Shown here: positions 59,383-64,000 of the stretch, piece by piece
Layout of the letters: each line of letters starts with the position of its first letter
Position numbering within the stretch: the stretch's first letter is position 1
The notes under the pieces: model-generated
Told to the model about the DNA's origin: nothing
Database searches by the model: none
Seen by the model: the letters and a program-made list of their open reading frames with translations, nothing else
Made by a program: the position numbers and the translations under genes
NCBI GenBank assembly: GCA_045635225.1
Contig: JAZRBV010000050.1
Span: forward strand, 2,427 to 66,426
Direction: 5' to 3'
Length of the DNA stretch: 64,000 nt
Source: Eubacteriales bacterium
GTDB lineage: Bacteria; Bacillota; Clostridia; Oscillospirales; CAG-272

Positions 59383-60234
59383 ATGGAAAAAAGCTATAAG
59401 GAAAGAAAGCGTCCCGCAGAGAATAAGCGGCGATCGGACGACCGTCCCCCTCGCGCTCGAGAGGAACGGGTCGAGGTGACCGACGAGTGCCTCGTATGCG
59501 GCAGAAACGCCGTGCGTGAGCTGCTCGCGAGCGGACGCGACATAGATAAAATATATACCCGTCGCGGTGAGAGGGAGGGCTCGATAAACCTCATTCTCGG
59601 TATGGCGGCGGAGCGCCGTATTCCCATCGTTGAGGTCGAGCGGCAGAAGCTCGACGGTATGACGGGCGGTGCGCGACATCAGGGTGTCGTCGCTATGGCG
59701 GCAGAGCGCAATTACGCAACCGTCGAGGATATACTTGCTGTCGCCGAGGAGAGGGGAGAGAAGCCCTTCATCGTCATACTCGACGGAGTTGAGGATCCTC
59801 ATAATCTTGGCGCCGTGATCCGTTCTGCGGAGTGCTGCGGTGTCCACGGCATAATAATACCGAAGCGCCGTGCGGTCGGTCTCACCGGCACCGCGGCAAA
59901 GGCATCTGCGGGTGCTATCGAGCATATGCCGGTAGCGAAGGTAACTAACCTTGCCACCACCGTTGATGAGCTGAAGGAACGCGGACTCTGGATATTCTGC
60001 GCAGATATGGGCGGTGATGCCTACTACCGCACCGATATGACCTGCGGCGCGGCGATAGTCCTCGGCAGTGAGGGCTTCGGAGTATCGCGCCTTGTGAAGG
60101 AAAAATGCGATTACACGGTCTCGATACCGCTTTACGGTAACGTAAATTCTATGAACGTTTCCTGCGCCGCAACGGTGATACTTGCCGAGGTGGCACGGCA
60201 GAGAAATACGGGAGGTGACGATATTGGCAAATAA
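59383..60234 (+). CDS. rlmB: TrmH/SpoU-family 23S rRNA 2'-O-methyltransferase (RlmB-like)
   Basis: Motifs ILDGVEDPHNLGAVIRSAE, VLGSEGFGVSRLV and IPLYGNVNSMNVSCAATVIL are present. Confidence 0.85.
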   Translation: MEKSYKERKRPAENKRRSDDRPPRAREERVEVTDECLVCGRNAVRELLASGRDIDKIYTRRGEREGSINLILGMAAERRIPIVEVERQKLDGMTGGARHQGVVAMAAERNYATVEDILAVAEERGEKPFIVILDGVEDPHNLGAVIRSAECCGVHGIIIPKRRAVGLTGTAAKASAGAIEHMPVAKVTNLATTVDELKERGLWIFCADMGGDAYYRTDMTCGAAIVLGSEGFGVSRLVKEKCDYTVSIPLYGNVNSMNVSCAATVILAEVARQRNTGGDDIGK

Positions 60235-62878
60235 AAAGACCACCGATCAGAAGATAGAGAAGGCGCTTGAGGATATCCTTGCCGCTCCCACAGGCTCCGT
60301 GACCGTCAGTGAAAACGGCGGCGTGTCTGAGTTCGAGTTCAAAAACGAGCAGGTAGGCGGCGGTCTCGTGTTCGAGTTTATTCCGCCCGAGGTGCCCGAA
60401 CCCGAGCAGACGGCAGAGCCTATACCCGAGAGGGAAGTGAAAAAAGCTCCTCCTAAGAAGGAGGAAGAGCCGGCGCGCGACGAATTCACCATTCCCGACG
60501 CCTTTGCGATCAGCGATAAATACAACACTCCCTCGACCCCCGACACACCTGCGACGACGGGTATCTGGACCACCTATGTGCCACGCTTCACCGACGTCAG
60601 CGACAAGTACCGTATGGTGGACGACCCGCGTCCCCCGAGACCCGAGCCTGAGGTAAAGGAGACCTCCAGGGTAGAGCGCGTTACCGACTCTACTCCCGAC
60701 GTTGACCCGACGGCAGAGCTCGACGAGTCGGTCGATGCCGTAGTCGTCACGATGTCGCAGAGGACTGAGGATGAGGATAGCGAGAAGCTCAACGTCTTTA
60801 AATTCGGCGACACAGAGCCTGAGACGGTGGCAGAGGAGCCCCGTGAGCGCACCGTCGACGACGAGCGACGCGATATCGAGAGCCTTTTTGTAAAGCCTGA
60901 GCCCATCCCCGAGCCTGAGCCTATCCCCGAGCCCGAGCCGGAGCCCATCGCTGAGCCTGAGCCCGTAGCTGAGCCCGAGCCGGAAAAGAAAAATTATATG
61001 ATCCCCGATCCCGAGGGACGTGACCTCAGTGTCGTTGACTACTTTGCACAGAATAAGTATAAAAAATACGTGCCCATAGCACCTGAGGGCGCGAGTGACG
61101 AGCCTATCGAGATGCCGAAAAAGCTCGCTACAGAGTTCACCCATCAGCTCCAGCGCGACGCCTTCAAGGATAGGTTCCTCGATTCTATCCTATCTGTAAA
61201 GATCCGCTTCTTTGCGAGCGCGCTCTTTGCTATAGTGCTCCTTGTTTACGAGCTTCTGGCGGCGTTTGGCGTGATAGGCGATACAGTATTTGCATCCTCT
61301 CACAACACGGGAACTCTCGCGATGTTTGACCTGTTGTTCGTATCCTGTCTCTTCGTTCTCTCTCTACCCGAGACAGTCAGAGCCGTGAGATACCTTGTGA
61401 AGGGTAAGCCGACGCCCGAGCTTTCCGTCACGGTCGGCTTCATCGTTCTGCTTGCACATTCACTCGTTTCGATATTCGCGAGCCTCGCCGACTACCCCGT
61501 ATTCGGCACGCTCTTCGCCGTACTTGCGCTTTGCGCGATTGCCTCCTCCTACTTACGCACCAGCGGCGATTTCACCGCCTTCAAGCTGATCTCGCAAAAT
61601 AAGGAAAAGCGTATCCTTGATAAGAAGATGACCCGCGCGCTCCCCGATGAGAACATCGCACTTGACGGTCTCGTCGACGAGTATAAGTCGAGGACTGCTC
61701 GCATCTTCCGCGCAGGCTTCATAACTGATTTCTTCAAGAGGATTTCAAAATCGGCAGAAGAACCGAGGCAGACTGTCACGATGCTCTCCGTTTCCTTTGG
61801 AGTGGCACTCGTTACGGGAGCCGTTGCGTACTTCCTTGCGGGCGGTCTCGTCTCCGCTATGTCGGCGTTTGCGCTCGTCTTCTTGCTCGGTATGCCGTCC
61901 TTTGCGATTCTCTCGCACAAGCTCTCGTATTACCATTCGCAGAACTACGCACTCTCCGAGGAGAGCACCGTCGTCGGTGAGGATACCTACTTCTCCTTCT
62001 CCGACGTTGACGTTATTGCCTTCGAGGACACCGAGATCTTCGGCCCCGACGACGTTAACCTCAAACGCTTTATGCTCTACGGTGACAGAGATAATATGGA
62101 GAACGCGATGCGCCAGATGTGCTCGCTCTTCGCAGTTGTCGGCGGACCTCTCCATTACATCTTCGCTAACGCCCTTGATAACCGTATCCGCCACAATCCC
62201 GCCACTAACGCGATAATTGAGGAGGACGGCCTCTCGGGCGACGTCAGTGGCAGACGTATTCACGCGGGCACCGACGAGTATATGCGCCGTCACGGTATAG
62301 CTGTGCCCGATGCCTCCGCAACCGCCGCCGGCAGCTTCGATACCACGAAGATAATGTACGCCGCGGAGGGTGACGAGGTGTATGCTAAATTCTACATCAG
62401 ATATTCCTTCTCCGAGGAATTCACTATGCTCCTTCCTACGCTGAAGGATGAAAAGATCGTTCCCCTCATCTACACCCGCGACCCCAACATATCCAACGAG
62501 CTTCTCCGTACCCTTACGGCGGGCGCTGACTGTATGCGCGTTATGAAGCGTCTGGTTCCCGGCTCGGATGAGGACAAGCTCTATCGCAGAGTCAGTGCGG
62601 GCATCGTTACCGGCGGCGACAAGATCAACGCCATCAACGTCGTTCTTCTCACAAAGAAGTATAAGAGATTTTCAGAGCGTCTTGCGAAAAGTGAGATCTG
62701 GGCTATGGGCGCGGGAGTTGCCGTTGCCGCCGTCCTCTCGCTTGCGGGCGTGCTTACTAACCCCTGGCTTCTTCCTCTTGCGGTGCTTTGGCAGATAGGC
62801 TGGTGCCTCGTACTTCATCTCTCGGGTAGGAAGACCTTCCTCTCCGACAGCGATAAGGACGCAAAGGGAAAGGATTGA
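60224..62878 (+). CDS. Membrane protein homologous to P-type ATPases but lacking catalytic residues; acidic PEPEP-rich N-terminal domain
   Basis: The likely start is TTG 60224, 6 nt after GGGAGGTG. About 330 aa of acidic/Pro-rich sequence are followed by TM helices. Degenerate P-domain motifs follow: AFEDTEIFG (cf. FDKTGTLT), YTRDPN (cf. TGDN) and TGGDKINAIN (cf. GDGxNDxP). Confidence 0.6.
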   Translation: MANKKTTDQKIEKALEDILAAPTGSVTVSENGGVSEFEFKNEQVGGGLVFEFIPPEVPEPEQTAEPIPEREVKKAPPKKEEEPARDEFTIPDAFAISDKYNTPSTPDTPATTGIWTTYVPRFTDVSDKYRMVDDPRPPRPEPEVKETSRVERVTDSTPDVDPTAELDESVDAVVVTMSQRTEDEDSEKLNVFKFGDTEPETVAEEPRERTVDDERRDIESLFVKPEPIPEPEPIPEPEPEPIAEPEPVAEPEPEKKNYMIPDPEGRDLSVVDYFAQNKYKKYVPIAPEGASDEPIEMPKKLATEFTHQLQRDAFKDRFLDSILSVKIRFFASALFAIVLLVYELLAAFGVIGDTVFASSHNTGTLAMFDLLFVSCLFVLSLPETVRAVRYLVKGKPTPELSVTVGFIVLLAHSLVSIFASLADYPVFGTLFAVLALCAIASSYLRTSGDFTAFKLISQNKEKRILDKKMTRALPDENIALDGLVDEYKSRTARIFRAGFITDFFKRISKSAEEPRQTVTMLSVSFGVALVTGAVAYFLAGGLVSAMSAFALVFLLGMPSFAILSHKLSYYHSQNYALSEESTVVGEDTYFSFSDVDVIAFEDTEIFGPDDVNLKRFMLYGDRDNMENAMRQMCSLFAVVGGPLHYIFANALDNRIRHNPATNAIIEEDGLSGDVSGRRIHAGTDEYMRRHGIAVPDASATAAGSFDTTKIMYAAEGDEVYAKFYIRYSFSEEFTMLLPTLKDEKIVPLIYTRDPNISNELLRTLTAGADCMRVMKRLVPGSDEDKLYRRVSAGIVTGGDKINAINVVLLTKKYKRFSERLAKSEIWAMGAGVAVAAVLSLAGVLTNPWLLPLAVLWQIGWCLVLHLSGRKTFLSDSDKDAKGKD

Positions 62879-62899
62879 TCCTACCAAGCTTCTTTCACG

Positions 62900-63064
62900 T
62901 CGCACATCGGTATGACGAAAGGATTGCTCAAAGCATTTCGTATCGCGCATCGGTATGGCGAAGGGATTGCTCAAAGCATTTCGCATCGCACATCGGTATG
63001 GCGAAAGGATTGCTCAAAGCATTTCACATCGCGCATCGGTATGGCGAAAGGATTGCTCAAAAGC
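62900..63064. repeat. 43-bp tandem repeat, ~3.8 copies
   Basis: Units start at 62900, 62943, 62986 and 63029. The unit consensus is TCGCRCATCGGTATGRCGAARGGATTGCTCAAAGCATTTCRYA. Each unit contains a GCGAAA...TTTCGC stem with an inner TGC-TCAAA-GCA hairpin. Confidence 0.9.
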
Positions 63065-63149
63065 TCCGCGCTGTGCGCAGCTATAACCAACGAAAACACC
63101 GTGCCCCTCACTCCGTGGGAGGCACGGTCCTCTTGACAAGGAGACTCCT

Positions 63150-64000
63150 ATGCAAAAAAATGACTATTCCTCCGTATTGAAGTCGGTGCAGAAGCCCGGC
63201 AGATATATTGGCGGAGAATATAACAGTGTCCTAAAGGACAAGGATAGCGTGAAGTGCCGATTTGCCTTCTGCTTCCCGGATACCTACGAGATAGGTATGT
63301 CCAACCTCGGTGTCCGTATACTTTACGACGTGCTTAATAAAGACCCGGACGTCTGGTGTGAGCGCGTTTACGCCCCGTGGACGGATATGAAGGAAAAGAT
63401 GGAGGAATATTCCATTCCTCTTACCGCTGTCGAGAGCGGCGACCCCGTCACCGATTTTGACCTTGTCGCATTCTCGCTGCAGTATGAGCTCTGCTATACC
63501 ACGGCTCTTGCTATGCTGAAGCTCGCGGGTATTCCCATCTGGGCACGCGATAGGGCAGAGGACTGTCCCATTATCGTCGGCGGCGGTCCTTGCGTATACA
63601 ACGCCGAGCCGGTTGCCGAATTCTTCGATCTCATCAATATCGGTGAGGGCGAGGAGGTGCTCCTCGAGATATGCCATCTCTACAACCGGATGCGCGATGA
63701 TGGCAGCTACACGCGTACCGCCTTTCTCCGTGAGGCATCGCACATCAAGGGTGTGTATATCCCATCTCTTTATGAGGTCGACTACAACGACGACGGCACG
63801 CTGAAGGAATATAAGCCGCTTTATCCCGACGTCCCCTCGAAAATACAGAAGAGGATAGTCGAGGATATGAACGCTGCGCCTTATCCCGAGAAGCTTATTA
63901 TGCCCTATATAGAGACCGTCCACGACAGGATAGTTCTCGAGGTGTATCGCGGCTGTATCAGAGGCTGTCGCTTCTGCCAGGCAGGTATGGTCTACCGCCC
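63150..64000 (+). CDS. B12-binding-domain radical SAM protein (TIGR03960-like), 3' end outside the window
   Basis: AAGGAG RBS. The protein begins MQKNDYSSVLKSVQKPGRYIGGEYNS...FCFPDTYEIGMSNLG... and carries the CxxxCxxC motif in YRGCIRGCRFCQAG. It is absent from the track because no stop falls inside the window. Confidence 0.85.
   Translation, partial: MQKNDYSSVLKSVQKPGRYIGGEYNSVLKDKDSVKCRFAFCFPDTYEIGMSNLGVRILYDVLNKDPDVWCERVYAPWTDMKEKMEEYSIPLTAVESGDPVTDFDLVAFSLQYELCYTTALAMLKLAGIPIWARDRAEDCPIIVGGGPCVYNAEPVAEFFDLINIGEGEEVLLEICHLYNRMRDDGSYTRTAFLREASHIKGVYIPSLYEVDYNDDGTLKEYKPLYPDVPSKIQKRIVEDMNAAPYPEKLIMPYIETVHDRIVLEVYRGCIRGCRFCQAGMVYR

Noticed and set aside
62900-63064. Possible CRISPR array.
   Set aside because: The 43-bp units are directly adjacent with no unique spacers. 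There are no cas genes in the window and no leader-like AT-rich region.
62875-63180. Two overlapping plus-strand ORFs (62875-63180 and 62912-63136) with repetitive HRYGERIAQSISHR-type translations.
   Set aside because: They are read-throughs of the 43-bp tandem repeat in two frames. Because 43 is not a multiple of 3, the periodic protein is an artefact. There is no RBS, and they run into the RBS of the radical-SAM gene.
63231-63923. A 230-aa minus-strand ORF.
   Set aside because: It is antisense and in register with the radical-SAM gene, which runs off the window end. The plus-strand frame carries the family motifs and an AAGGAG RBS.
1-64000. tRNA, rRNA, riboswitch or T-box elements.
   Set aside because: I scanned the intergenic regions by eye and saw no cloverleaf-compatible sequence with a GTTCRA T-loop, no rRNA-like segments and no recognisable riboswitch cores. 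This is a limited manual check, not an Infernal or tRNAscan result.

Overview
The window looks like chromosomal DNA from an anaerobic Firmicute, probably a Clostridia or Oscillospiraceae-like gut organism. This is inferred from gene content, SLH and BspA-type surface proteins, NfnAB, and strong C/G-ending codon bias. No rRNA, tRNA or CRISPR array was recognised.

Contents, from left to right:
- A BspA-type LRR surface protein, truncated at the window edge.
- A glycosaminoglycan-type degradation set: GH88 unsaturated glucuronyl hydrolase, heparinase II/III-like lyase and a DUF4432 epimerase-fold protein. It is split by a 2.7-kb insertion carrying a class II Fic gene and an IS3-family element, bounded by a perfect 41-bp direct repeat. 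The whole set is bracketed by two mirror-image RHH/SLOG (DUF2493) gene pairs, one of them decayed.
- Housekeeping genes: NnrD, YbaK, a MATE transporter, NfnAB, RlmB and a TIGR03960-type radical SAM protein.
- A three-gene GT8/PlsC acyltransferase cluster that includes a GT8-PlsC fusion.
- Several regulators of the XRE and AraC families.
- GH2 and a CPBP protease.
- A tightly coupled operon of two membrane proteins, an M20 peptidase and a CapA-like protein.

The most unusual locus is 31.5-46.8 kb. It holds a 1,101-aa anchored surface protein followed by a 3,900-aa single-pass giant protein. The giant protein's roughly 1,080-aa cytoplasmic tail contains an RGG-like box, two near-perfect acidic tandem-repeat arrays, an uncharacterised globular module and a C-terminal ribosomal uL15-like domain.

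Other items worth a second look:
- An orphan HPr-kinase-like/PqqD/S24-S26 peptidase operon with no recognisable precursor or core enzyme.
- A catalytically degenerate P-type-ATPase homologue with a PEPEP-rich N-terminus.
- Several non-coding repeat structures: a 43-bp tandem repeat, a dyad-symmetric TCGATAT motif array, a MITE-like pair and a hairpin cluster.

All functional calls come from reading motifs in the translations. No database search was run.
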